A stretch of 64,000 bases of DNA from the NCBI GenBank assembly GCA_009914755.4, contig CP086569.2:16544001-16608000 (forward strand). Direction: 5' to 3'. Both the position numbers and the translations under genes were made by a program. Numbering within the stretch: the stretch's first letter is position 1; the number at the start of each line of letters is the position of its first letter. Of the stretch, positions 29,697 to 41,218 are shown one piece after another. Source of the DNA: the human T2T-CHM13v2.0 reference genome, Homo sapiens. Under the pieces are notes generated by a model. The model saw only the letters and a list, made by a program, of their open reading frames with translations, did not search any database and had not been told where the DNA came from.

Positions 29697-30220
29697 TGAA
29701 GCCTGGTGGGCTTCTGGGTCAGGTGGGGACTTGGAGAACTTTTATTTCTGGCTAAAGGATTGTAAATGCACCAATCAGCCCTCTGTGTCTAACTAAATGT
29801 TTGTAAATGCACCAATTAGCACTCTATCAAAATGGACCAATCAGCTCTCTTTAAAATGAACCAATCAGCAGTATGTGGGTGGGGCCAAATAAGGGAATAA
29901 AAGCTGGCTGCCTGAGCTAGCAGCAGCAATCTGCTTGGGTCCTCTTCCATACCGTGGAAGCTTTGTTCTTTCACTCTTCGCAGTAAATCTTGCTGCTGCT
30001 CATTCTTTGGGTCCACACTGCCTTTAAGAGCTGTAACGCTCACCGCGAAGGTATGCAGCTTCACTCCTGCAGCCAGTGAGACCACGAACCCACCAGGAGG
30101 AATGAACAACTCTGGATGTGCTGCCTTCATGAGCTGTAACACTCACCACAAGTGTCGTCAGCTTCATTCTTGAAGTCAGCGAGACCAAGAACCCACTGGA
30201 AGGAATTAATTCCAGACACA
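29697..30220 (+). mobile_element. LTR12-family (HERV9 LTR)-like fragment nested in L1
   Basis: Four spaced CCAAT boxes (..TGTAAATGCACCAATCAGC..GCACCAATTAGC..ATGGACCAATCAGC..TGAACCAATCAGC..). Then GGGTGGGGCCAAATAAGGGAATAAAAGCTGGC. Then tandem GAGCTGTAACGCTCACCGCGAAGGT.TGCAGCTTCACTCCTG..GAGACCACGAACCCACC units ending ..GCTTCATTCTTGAAGTCAGCGAGACCAAGAACCCACTGGAAGGAATTAATTCCAGACACA. Matches my recollection of the LTR12 3' half. Confidence 0.6.
29771..29866 (+). promoter_or_regulatory. cluster of four CCAAT boxes plus GC-box-like GGGTGGGGCC (LTR12 U3 promoter architecture)
   Basis: CCAAT at about 29771, 29812, 29836 and 29861, followed by GGTGGGGCC and AATAAAAGC. LTR12 U3 regions are known NF-Y-dependent promoters. 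Activity here is not established. Confidence 0.3.
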
Positions 30221-32105
30221 ATTTCAACCTTCGTGAATCTGATGATTTTGTATCTTTGGGTTGCTCTTTTGAGGAGTATTTTTGTGGTGTTCTCTGTATT
30301 TCCTGAATTTGAATGCTGGCCTGTCTTTCTAGGTTGGGGAAGGTCTCCTGGATAATATCCTAAAGAGTGTTTTTCAACTTGGTTCTATTCTCCCCATCAC
30401 TTTCAGGTTCACCAGTCAAACATATGTTTTGTCTTTTCACATAGTTCTGTATTTCATGGAGGCTTTCTTCATTCCTTTTTATTCTTTTTCAAGATTAGAT
30501 TTGCTATTTAGTTCAGAACATTTAACTTTAAAATTTCACACAAATGGAAAAAAAGAAATTCTTTAATTTCTCCCAGCAACTGCAGGGAAAACCACACATT
30601 ATTTCTGGGTTTTAAACACCACCATGAACACCACTGTATTTCTTTTCATCACAGAGGATTATTATTGATGGTGGCCCTTCTGCTGGAAATAAAAATTGTC
30701 TTCTGGTTATTTCACAGTAGCCCATGATATTAGATGTCAGTTTGGATGCTGGAATGATTGCTGATAGCTCTCTCATTCTAGCATGAGGGACAAGACAGTA
30801 GCAGTGCTGCCTTCTGTGTCTAAACTGAGCTCAATTCAGGGATCTCCTTTGAAACACTTTCTGTTAGTTCTGTTGGCCCATGGAAGAATCTACTAATATG
30901 GGTCTTTCCAGAGAACACAGATACATTACTATAGTTCATTGACAGGAAATTATCTTGGATGCAGTGAGTCTCCCAGGGCAATTTCAGAACACAAGAGTCT
31001 ATTCTGAATTTACCCTTCCCTTGACCTTTCATCAGTTTGTTGAAACATCTTTATTTCCCTCAGATTTGGATAAATTAAATAACCTAGTGACAGCACTGGA
31101 GAAAACTTCTGGAAATGCAGGCAATAAAGTGTCAAATGCAAGCAGTCATCAATAGAACCAGCCATCCACCCCCAGCTTGATGCATCTAAGAGCACTGTAT
31201 GTAGTTTTTGCATGTATTTAATAATATTTTTTTCCGATGTTTATCGAGGCTCCACCAATGGTAAGAAATGCCTTGGAGACTGCAGCTTTGATATTCTGCA
31301 GTTGTATTTAAGGATAACATAATATATAAATGGTATATTCCATATTAAAAGGTCTCCTTGAGTTCCATCAGACATTTTTTCAGAAGAAATAGAAGGCAGA
31401 AAAATGTTAGATGAGGAAGTTATGTGGGTGACAAGAGGCTTTCTTAGCTCTTCGTTGTTGTCTGCGAAAGAATTCCACCTAAATTAATACTGTTAAATGG
31501 ATTTTCCTTTCCATTAACAGACACACTGTTAATGTAGCCTTGATAATCAAGGCACTCAAAACTGTAAGACTCTAATTACTTCTTGTTTGAAAAGGCTAAT
31601 AAATGTTCTGTATTCATATTTAGAATAAAAGATTGGATTTGCACATTTTATCTTACCATTAATATAGCACAAATAAACATTTTCATTCTTTATAAATCTA
31701 TGTATCAGCCCAGTTTTAGCTACTGACCTTGACTATAAGTTAATGGCTTTTAATATGTAGCATGCCAGCGTGGATTGCAAAGCTTTTTATTCCTTAGGAA
31801 AGAGTGTTTGTGAAGGAGTGGTGGGGATGGATGATGTATTAATTATCTTTTGTTGCACAACAAATAGTCAAAGAGTTAGTAACTTAAATCGTCTTTCTTT
31901 CTTTCTTTCACGGCTTCTTCAATGAAGGTGTCAGTAAGTAGTGCTCTCAAACTGAACACTTGGATGGGGAAGAAGCTGATTTCAATCTCCATTGAATTGA
32001 TGGCAGAAATCATTTCCTGGTGACTGAAAAGTTCTTGGCAACTTGCACCTTCAAAGCCAGGAAGCTTGGAGATGCTGACTTCGGGGTAGTTCCAGGCCCT
32101 AATTC

Positions 32106-32188
32106 ATTTTTTATTTTATTTTATTTTATTTTATTTTATTTTATTTTATTTTATTTTATTTTATTTTATTTTATTTTTATTTTATTAT
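32106..32188. repeat. (ATTTT)n pentanucleotide microsatellite, about 16-17 units (Alu A-tail derived)
   Basis: ATTTTATTTTATTTT... abutting the antisense Alu at 32189. Confidence 0.9.
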
Positions 32189-32469
32189 TTTTTGAGACAG
32201 AGTCTCACTCTTTTGCCCAGGTTGGAGGTCAGTGACACAACCACAGCTCACTGCAGCCTTGATTTCCTTGACTTTCTGCCTCAGTCTCCTGAGTAGTTGG
32301 GATTACAGTTGTGAGCCACCAAACCCAGCCAATTTTTGTATTTTTTGTGGAGATGAGGTTTCACTATGTTGCCTAGGCTTGTTTCAAACTCTTAGGCTCA
32401 AGCAATCCACCCACCTGCCTCTACCTCCCAAAGTGCTGGGATTAAAGATGTGAGACATCATGCCTGGCC
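32189..32469 (-). mobile_element. Alu SINE (antisense)
   Basis: TTTTTTGAGACAGAGTCTCACTCTTTTGCCCAGGTTGGAGGTCAGTGACACAACCACAGCTCACTGCAGCC...GCTGGGATTAAAGATGTGAGACATCATGCCTGGCC. Confidence 0.9.
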
Positions 32470-33313
32470 AGGTCAGGATGGCACAAAGGCAGAGAGAGGC
32501 AGGCAGAATATGGAAGGCCCTATTTGTTTGAAGACATCTATGGAATCATGAAAACTTGAGATTTGGAGAGGATGGTCTTAAAGGGAATAGGATTAGATTT
32601 TAGGGTTAAGTCCAGACTCACTAGGGTATGATGGGAGACCTGGCTACATAAAATTGAGATCTCCAAGCATTCCACACTCCAGGTAGGACAAAAACGATGA
32701 TAGAATAAATCTTTCCACATCCTCAATCCCTAAAAGACTGCAAGTTGTTTTGATGCAAAGTAGAGAGAGGTTAAATTACATTTCATACTTCCCCCAAATC
32801 TGTAATGCAGTATTGGTCAATTCAGCACAGTTAATCTCAATAGACAAATAACAAAAACACTCAACCAAGAATGTTATCAGAGAAATACTTTAAGGCCTTG
32901 TATAATAAGAGGACATATGGAAAATTTTAAAAAAATATTTTTCTTTATTTTGAAACAAATTTTTCTTTAAAAGTTTTTGTAAAAGATGCCACGCATATCA
33001 TGCAGTAACTAATTGAATGAATTCAAACATGATCTACTTTCAACCCCATTTTAAAAACAATCCTTTCTAATAGACAGTATATTTTATTTCACATCATTTT
33101 GATTCAAGAAGTCAAAAAAGTAATTAATTTCATATGAAAATAGAAATGTATACTATGAAAACTTAGGTGATAAATAAAGGTTTTCAGAATGATACTAATA
33201 TGTCAAATCAACACTTGAATTCCTGAGAAAAATTTACTTTGTTAGGTTGCATTGTCGTTTTAATACACTGCTGGAAGTATTTACTAAATTTTGCTCTGTT
33301 TCTTTTCCTGTCT

Positions 33314-34875
33314 TTTTATTATTATTATTATACTTTAAGTTCTGGGGTACATGTGCAGAACGTGCAGGTTTGTTACATAGGTATACATGAGCCATGGTGG
33401 TTTGCTGCACTCATCAACCCGTGATGTACATTAGGTATTTCTCCTAATGCTATGCCTCCTATCCTCTCCCTTAACCCCCTACCCCCCAACAGACCTCAGT
33501 GTGTGATGTTTCCCTCTTTGTGTCCATGTGTTTTCACTGCTCAACTCCCTCTTATGAGTGAGAACATGTGGTATTTGGTTTTCTGTTCTTGTGTTCTGTC
33601 TTTTCTGAGAATGATGGTTTCCAGCTTCATCCATGTCGCTGCAAAAGACATGAACTCATCCTTTTTTATGGCTGCATAGTATTTCATGCTTTATATGTGC
33701 CACATTTTCTTTATCCTATCTATCACTCCAGGGCATTTGGGTTGGTTCCAAGTCTTTGCTATTGTGAAAAGTGCTGCATAAACCTACGTGTGCACGTGTC
33801 TTTATAGTAGCATGATTTATAATCCTGTGGGTACATACCCAGTAATGGGATGTCTGGGTCAAATGGTATTTCTAGTTCTACATCCTTGAGGAATCACCAC
33901 ACTGTCTTCCACAATGGTTGAACTAATTTACACTCCCACCAACTGTAAATGTGTAAAAGCTTTCCTATTTCTCCACTTTCTGTCCAGTATCTGTTGTTTT
34001 CTGACTTTTTAATGATCACTATTCTAACTGGAGTGAGATGGTATCTAATTTTGGTTTTGATTTGCATTTCTGTAATGACCAGTGATGATGAGCATTTTTT
34101 CACATATTTGTTGGGTGCATAAATGTCTTCTTCTGAGAAGTCTGTGTTCATATCCTTCGCCATTTGTTGACGGGGTTGTTTGTTTTCTTGTAAATTGTTT
34201 AAGTTATTTGTATATTCTGTTCATCAGGAATACTAGCTTGAAATTTAATTTTTTTGTTATCTCTCTGCCAGGTTTTGGTACTAGGATGATGCTGACCTCA
34301 TAAAATGAGTTACGAAGGATTCCTTCTCTTTCTATTGTTTGGAATAGTTTCAGAAGGAGAGGTACCTGCTCCCCTTTGTACCTCTGGTAGAATTAGGCTC
34401 CGAATATGTCTAGACCCGCAATTTTATTGGTTGGTAGGTTACTAATTGCTGCATTAATTTCAGAACTTGTTATTGGTCCATTCAAGGATTCGACTTCTTC
34501 CTGGTTTAGTCTTGGGAGGATGCATGTGACCAGGAACTTATCCTTTTCTTCTAGGTTGTCTATTTTATTTATGCAGTGGTATTTATAGTATTATCTGATG
34601 GTAGTTTGTATTTCTGTTGGATTGGTGGTGATAACCACTTTATCATATTTTTTATTGCATCTATTTGATTCTTCTCTTTTCTTCTTCCTTATTAGCCTGG
34701 CTTGAAGTCCATCCATTTTGTTGATCTTTTCAAAAAAAAAAAAAAACACCTCCTGGATTCATTGATTTTTTTGAAGGGTGTTTTGTTTCTCTGTCTCCTT
34801 CAGGTCTTCTCTGATTTAGTTATTTGTTGCCATGTGCTGGCTTTGAATTTGTTTGCTTCTGCTTCTCTGTTTCTT
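33314..34875 (-). mobile_element. LINE-1 (older), antisense: 3' end plus upstream ORF2 segment joined by an internal deletion near 34212
   Basis: 33314-34210 is antisense 3'UTR and ORF2 C-terminus (ORF 33894..34163). From about 34213 the sequence jumps to the antisense of the ORF2 RT-N-terminal region (TTCATCAGGAATACTAGCTTGAAATTT..GGTTTTGGTACTAGGATGATGCTGACCTCATAAAATGAGTTA...). It continues to about 34875, where it abuts the poly-T of the next L1. Confidence 0.8.
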
Positions 34876-34879
34876 TCTT

Positions 34880-37283
34880 TCTTTTTTTTTTTTTATTATA
34901 CTTTAAGTTTTAGGGTACATGAGCACAATCTGCCGGTTAGTTACATATGTATACATGTGCCATGCTGGTGTTCTGCAACCACTAACTTGTCATTTAGCAT
35001 TAGGTATATCTCCTAATGCTATGCCTCTCCCTCCCCCCACCCTACAACAGTCCCCAGAGAGTGATGTTCCCCTTTCTGTGTCCATGTGTTCTCATTGTTC
35101 AATTCCCACCTATGAGCTAGAATATGCGGTGTTTGGTTTTTTGTTCTTGTGACAGTTTACTGAGAATGATGATTTCCAATTTCATCCATGTCCCTACAAA
35201 GGACATGAACTCATCATTGTTTATGGCTGCATAGTATTCCATGGTGTATATGTGCCACATTTTCTTAATCCAGTCTATTATTATTGGACATTTGGGTTGG
35301 TTCTAAGTCTTTGCTATTGTGAATAGTGCCGCAATAAACATACGTGTGCATGTGTCTTTATAGCAGCATGATTTATAGTCCTTTGGGTATATACCCAGTA
35401 ATGTGATGGCTGGGTCAAATGGTATTTCCAGTTCTAGATCCCTGAGGAATCGCCACACTGACTTCCACAATGGTTGAACTAGTTTACAGTCCCACCAACA
35501 GTGTAAAGCTGTTCCTATTTCTCCACATCCTCTCCAGTACCTGTTGTTTCCTGACTTTTCAATGATTGCTATTCTAACTGGTGTGAGATGGTATCTCATT
35601 GTGGTTTTGATTTTCATTTCTCTGATGGCCAGTGATTGTGAGCATTTTTTCATGTGTTTTTTGGCTGCATAAATGTCTTTTGAGAAGTGTCTGTTCATAT
35701 CCTTCACCCACTTTTTGATGGGGTTGTTTGTTTTTTTCTTGTAAATGTGTTTGATTTCATCATAGATTCTGGATATTAGCCCTTTGTCAGATGAGTAGGT
35801 TGCAAAAATTTTCTCCCATTTTGTAGGTTGCCTGTTCACTGTGATGGTAGTTTTGTTTGCTGTGCAGAAGCTCTTCAGTTGAATTAGATCCCATTTGTCA
35901 ATTTTGGCTTTTGTTGCCATTGCTTTTGGTGTTTTAGACATGAAGTCCTTGCCCATGCCTATGTCCTGAATGGTAATGCCTAGGTTTTCTTCTAGGATTT
36001 TTATGGTTTTAGTTCTAACATGTAAGTCTTTAATCCATCTTGAATTAATTTTGTATAAGGGGTAAGGAAGGGATCCAGTTTCAGCTTTCTACATATGGCT
36101 AGCCAGTTTTCCCAGCACCATTTATTAAATAGGGAATCCTTTCCCCATTTCTGTTTTTCTCAGGTTTGTCAAAGATCAGATAGTTGTAGATAAGCAGCAC
36201 TATTTCTGAGGGCTCTGTTCTGTTCCATTGATCTATATCTCTGTTTTGGTACCAGTAGCATGCTGTTTTGGTTACTGTAGCCTTGTAGTATAGTTTGAAG
36301 TTAGGTAGCATGATGCCTCCAGCTTTGTTCTTTTGGCTTAGGATTCACTTGGTGATGCGGGCTCTTTTTTGGTTCCATACTAACTTTAAAGTAGCTTTTT
36401 CCAATTCTGTGAAGAAAGTCATTGGTAGCTTGATAGGGATGAAATTGAATCTATAAATTACCTTGGGCAGTATGGCCATTTTCATGACAGTGATTCTTCC
36501 TACCCATGAGCATGGAATGTTCTCCGTTTCTTTTAACTGTGATGTTATGGTGTCAATTTTAAATCTTTCCAGCTCTCTCTTGTGGGCATTTATTGCTATA
36601 AATTTCCCTCTACACACTGCTTTAATTGTGTCCCAAAACTTTTGATACATCTTGTCTTTTTTCTCATTGTTTTCAAAGAACATCTTTATTTCTGACTTCA
36701 TTTCATTATTTACTTAGTAATCATTCAGGAGCAGGTTGTTCCGTTTCCATGCTGTTGTGTGGTTTTAAGTGAGTTTCATAATCCTGGGTTCTAATTTGAT
36801 TGCACTGTGGTCTGAGAAACTCTTTGTTATGATTTCCATTATTTTGCACTTGCTGAGGAGTGTTTTACTTCCAATTTTATGATCAATTTGAGAATAAGTG
36901 TGATATGGTGCTGAGAAGAATGTATATTCTGTTGATTTGGCATGGAGAGTTCTATAGATGTCTATTAGCTCTGCTTTGTCAAGAGCTGAGTTCAGGCATT
37001 GGATGTCCTTTTTAGTTTTTTGTTTTGTTGATCTGTCTAATATTGACAGTGGGGTGTTAAAGTCTCCCACTATTATTGTGTGGGAGTCTAAGTTTCTTTC
37101 TAGGTCTCTAAATATCTGCTTTAGGAATCTGGGTGCTCCTGTGTTGGGTGCATATACATTTAGGACTGTTAGCTATTCTTGTTGCATTGATGCCTTTACC
37201 ATTATGTAATGGCCTTCTTTGTCTTTTTTGATCTTTCTTGGTTTAAAGTCAGTTTTATCAGAGATTAAGATTGCAACTCCTGA
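34880..37283 (-). mobile_element. LINE-1 (younger L1PA-like), antisense, 5'-truncated near ORF2 start, with ~1.6 kb internal deletion of the RT domain
   Basis: Poly-T about 34883-34895 followed by low-divergence antisense L1 3' end. 217-aa ORF2 C-terminal ORF (35303..35956). At about 36530 the sequence jumps from ORF2 aa ~795 (..[10 protein letters not shown]..) to aa ~305 (..[11 protein letters not shown]). Ends at the antisense ORF2 start region (..GATTAAGATTGCAACTCCTG). Confidence 0.9.
35303..35956 (-). pseudogene. L1 ORF2 C-terminal fragment (217 aa open)
   Basis: [83 protein letters not shown]... is an L1 ORF2 C-terminus. No RT domain upstream in frame. Confidence 0.85.
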
Positions 37284-39766
37284 TGAATATCAATATGGAA
37301 TTCTTCAATAAAATACTGTCAAACTGAACACAGCAGCATAATAAAACACTTATCCACCACAGTCAAGTCAGCTTCATTCCTGGGATGCAAGGCTGGTTCA
37401 ACATACATCAACAAATAAATGTAATCCATCCCATAAACAGAACCAATGACAAAAACTGCATTATTTCAATAGATGTAGAAAAGACCTTAAATAAAATTCA
37501 ACAGCCCTTCATACTAAAAGCTCTCAATAATCTAGGTATTGATGGAATGTATCTCAAAATAATAAGAGCCTTTTAAGACTAACTCACAGCCAATATCATA
37601 CTGAATGGGGAAAAACTGGAAGCATTCCCTTTGAAACTCAGCATGAGACAAGGATGCCCTCTCTCACCACTCCTATTCAACATAGTTTTTGGAAGTTCTA
37701 GCCACAGCAGTCAGGCAAAAAAAAAAAAAAAAAAAGAAGAAAGAAAGGGTATTCAAATACAAAAACAGGATGTCAAATTGTCTCTGTTTGCAGATGACAT
37801 GATTGTATATTTAGAACACTCCCTTGTCTCAGCCCAAAATCTCCTTAAGCTGATAAGCAACTTCAGTAAAGTCTCAGGATACAAAATCAATGTGCAAAAA
37901 TCACAAGCATTTTTGTACCCCAATTATAGAGAAACAGAGAGCCAAATCATGAGTTCACCTCCATTCACAATTGCTACAATGAGGTTAAAATAATTAGGAA
38001 TTCAACTTACAAGGGAGGTTAAGGACCTCTTCAAGGAGAACTATGAAGCACTTCTCAAGGATATAAGAGAGGACACAAACAAATGGAAAAATATTCCATA
38101 CTCATGGATGGGAAGGATAAATATTGTGAACATGGCCACAATGCCCAAAGTAATCTATAGGTTCAATGCTATCACCATCAAACTACCACTGACTTTATTT
38201 ACAGAAATAGAAAAAACTACTTTAAATTTTATATGTAATGAAAAAAGATCCCATATAGCCAAGAAAATCCTAAGCGAAAAGAACAAAGCTGCAGGCATAA
38301 CGCTACCTGACTTCAAACTATACTACAAGCCTACGGTAACTGAAACAACATGGTACCTGTACCAAAACAGATATATAGACCAATGGAACAGGACAGAGGC
38401 CTCAGAAATAATAATACAAAACTACAACCACCTGATCTTTGACAAACGTGACAAAAACAAGCAATGGGGAAAGGATTCCTTATTTAATAAATGGTGTTTG
38501 GAAAACAGGACATTCATATGCAGAAAATTGAACCTGGACCCTTTCCTCACACTGTATACAAAAGTCAACTCAAGATGAATGAAAGACTTAAATGTAAGAC
38601 CTAAAACTATAAACACCCTAGAAGAAAATCTAGACAATACCATTCAGGACATAGGCATGGGCAAAGAGTTCATGACTGAAACATCAAAAGCAATTGCACA
38701 AAAAGCCAACATTGATAAATGGGATATAACTAAAGTAAAAGCTTCTGCACAGCAAAAGAAACTATCATCAGAGTGAATAGGCAACCTACAGTATGGGAGA
38801 AAATTTTTGCAATCTCTCCATCTGACAAAGGTGTAATAGTCAGCATCTAGAAGGAACTTATTTACAAATTTATAAACAAATTTACAAGAAAAAAACTAAC
38901 AATCCCTCAAAAAGTAAGTGAAGGATATGAACTGACACTTCTCAAAAGAAGACATTTATGTGGCCAACAAACATGAGAAAAAGCTCGTCATCACTGGTCA
39001 TTAGAGAAATGCCAAGCAAAACCACAATTAGATACCATCTTATGCTAGTAAGAATGACGATCATTAAAAAGTGAGGAAACAACAGATGTTGGAGAAGATA
39101 TGGAGAAACAGGAACACTTTTACATGGTTGGTGGGAGTGTAAATTAGTTCAACAATTGTGGAAGACACCGTGTTGATTCCTTAGGGATATAGAACCAGAA
39201 ATATCATTTGACCCAGCAATTACATTACTGGGTATATATCCAAAGGATTACAAATCATTCTGCTGTAAAGACACATGCACACTTATGTTTATTGCAGCAC
39301 TATTCACAATAACAAAGACTTGTAACCAACCCAAATGCCCATTAATAACAGACTGAATAAAGAAGAATAGAGTGAATAAAGCATAAAGAATAAGTATTTC
39401 ATACACAGTATGCAATACTATGCAGCCATAAAAAATGAGTTCATGTCCTTTGCAGGGACATGGATGAAGCTAGAAACTGTCATTCTCAGCAAACTAACAC
39501 AGGAACTGAAAACCAAACATCACATATTCTCATTCATAAGTGGGAGTTGAACAGTGAAAACTCATAGACACAGGATGGGGAATACCATACACTAGGGCCT
39601 GTCTAGGGGTGGGGGGTAATGGGAGGGATAGCATTAGCCAAAAAACCTAGTGTAGATGATGGGTTAATGGGTGCAGCAAACTACCATGGCACGTGTATAC
39701 CTATTTAACAAACCTGCACGTTCTGCACATGTACCCCAGAACTTAAATTGTAATGAATTAAAAAAA
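37284..39766 (+). mobile_element. LINE-1 (older), sense: ORF2 RT region to 3' end with poly(A)
   Basis: Starts in ORF2 (..[43 protein letters not shown]..; [10 protein letters not shown] motif in ORF 37631..37993). Continues through the ORF2 C-terminus and 3'UTR to AATTAAAAAAAG at 39760-39766. Frameshifted throughout. An A-rich expansion sits at 37718-37745. Confidence 0.85.
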
Positions 39767-40163
39767 GTAGGGGCAAAACTAATTTAAAGTCTAAGAAAAG
39801 GTGAGGGCAGGTGGAAAGTATTCCTAATATTCTTGATGATCACATAGTGCATAATAATCTGTAAATCTAATTTAACTTTGGAGATTTATCAAACAGGTAA
39901 TGACATTCTTCTATGTATCAGGCTTAATGGCCGCCTTCTCAAACATATTATGTGCTTATTCAGCAGACTAATGTGCTATTTCCATCTTCAAAAATGGAGA
40001 AAGAAATTGTGAGTGATACTATTAATTAGCACAAATAGGTTTGACTTTACTGGTAACATATTTGGAAAACAATGAGGACAAATAAATGAGAAACTAAGGA
40101 ATGAAAAAAAAAAAGATTAGAAATAACACTAGTAACTAAAACCAGAAAAAAATTACTAACCAC

Positions 40164-40535
40164 TCTGATATATTTGGGACATATCTTCACCCAAATCTTG
40201 AATTGTAGCTTTTATAATTTCCAAATGTCAGAGGAGAGACCCAGTGGGAGGTAACTGACTCATGGGGCTGGGTCTTTCCAATGATGTTCTTGTGATAACC
40301 AATAAGTCTTATAAGACCTGTGGGTTTTATAAAAGGGAGTTCCCCTGCACATGCTTTCTCTCTCTTGCCTGCTGCCATATAAGATGTAACTTTGCTCCTT
40401 TTTTTTTGCTTTCCACAATGATCGTCAGGCCTTTCCACCCACGTGGAACTATGAGTCCATTAAACTTATTTTGCTTTATGAATTACCCAGTCTTGGGTAT
40501 GTCTTTATTAGCGGCATGAGAACAGACCAATACCC
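40164..40535 (+). mobile_element. THE1/MST-family (ERVL-MaLR) solo LTR
   Basis: TGATATATTTGGGACATATCTTCACCCAAATCTTGAATTGTAGC...GACCCAGTGGGAGGTAACTGACTCATGGGGCTGGGTCTTTCC...TTATGAATTACCCAGTCTTGGGTATGTCTTTATTAGCGGCATGAGAACAGACCAATAC. Confidence 0.8.
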
Positions 40536-40902
40536 ACCTAAAACGCAATAATCTAAAAAACGCTGATAGAATACAAACTATATTATGATTTCAGGCATGT
40601 ATAATTAAATCTCATTTTATAGATATACAAGGAAAATGGTATACAAAGAATGGTGACTGTTGAATAATATGCTGTTCATTACCATTAACTATTTAAGTCT
40701 CAGGTTCACATTCCAGTGCAGATATAACCCACTGGAAGACAAATTACTGAGATTAAAATTCATTCTTTCCCTTGCCTTACAAAAATAAAGAAGGAATTGG
40801 ACTCAATTGTACCTTGAACATTTAATGACAAATATTAATAACAAGTTTTATTTTAACAGGCAGTAATCCATCTAGAAATAGGAACACTGATAAAGAACAT
40901 GA

Positions 40903-41019
40903 GGATGGGCACAGTGGCTCATGCCTATAATCTCAGCACTTTGGGAGGACAAGTTGGAAGGATCACCTGAGCCCAGGAGTTACAGTCAGCCTGGACAACA
41001 TAGTGTGACCTCATCTCTA

Positions 41020-41051
<32 letters not shown>

Positions 41052-41218
41052 CATAAGCATGTTGGCACATGCCTGTAAGTTCCAAATACTTTAGAGACTG
41101 AGGTGGGAGAATTGTTTGAGTAAGGAGTTTGAGGCTGCAGTGAGCCATGATAGTACCACTGCACTCCAGCCTGGGTGACAGTGAGACCCTGACTCTCAGA
41201 AAAACACACACACACACA
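40903..41218 (+). mobile_element. Alu SINE (sense) with (AAAAC)n and (CA)n in tail
   Basis: GGGCACAGTGGCTCATGCCTATAATCTCAGCACTTTGGGAGGACAAG...CCACTGCACTCCAGCCTGGGTGACAGTGAGACCCTGACTCTCAGAAAAACACACACACACACAAC. Confidence 0.9.

Larger units (their letters stand above)
25296..30495 (-). mobile_element. LINE-1 (older L1PA/L1PB-like), about 4.7 kb of L1 sequence, antisense, interrupted by LTR12-like insertion
   Basis: Antisense 3'UTR at left (TTATTATACTTTAAGTTGTGGGATATAAGTGCTGAATGTGCAGGTTTGTTACATAGGTATA...). Continues through ORF2 (antisense hits e.g. 27062..27307, 26780..26998) into ORF1/5' region (about 30221-30495: ATTTCAACCTTCGTGAATCTGATGATTTTGTATCTTTGGGTTGCTC...). Numerous frameshifts and stops. 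Confidence 0.9.

Noticed and set aside
31064-31155. Possible terminal coding exon: strong polypyrimidine/AG acceptor (TCTTTATTTCCCTCAG|ATTTGGAT...) opening a 30-codon frame ..LDKLNNLVTALEKTSGNAGNKVSNASSHQ* (part of ORF 30955..31155), with AATAAA motifs downstream.
   Set aside because: A 66-codon open frame is common by chance in 64 kb x 6 frames. I do not recognise the peptide. There is no supporting upstream exon, codon-bias or conservation evidence that I can assess. It needs annotation or RNA-seq overlap before being called.
31880-32100. Minus-strand open frame of about 75 codons (..RAWNYPEVSISKLPGFEGASCQELFSHQEMISAINSMEIEISFFPIQVFSLRALLTDTFIEEAVKERKKDDLSY*) next to an Alu tail, plus a perfect GTAAGT donor motif on the plus strand at about 31935.
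   Set aside because: No recognisable protein-family similarity from memory. The frame length is within chance expectation. An isolated GTAAGT hexamer is expected many times in 64 kb. Not supportable as an exon or pseudogene.
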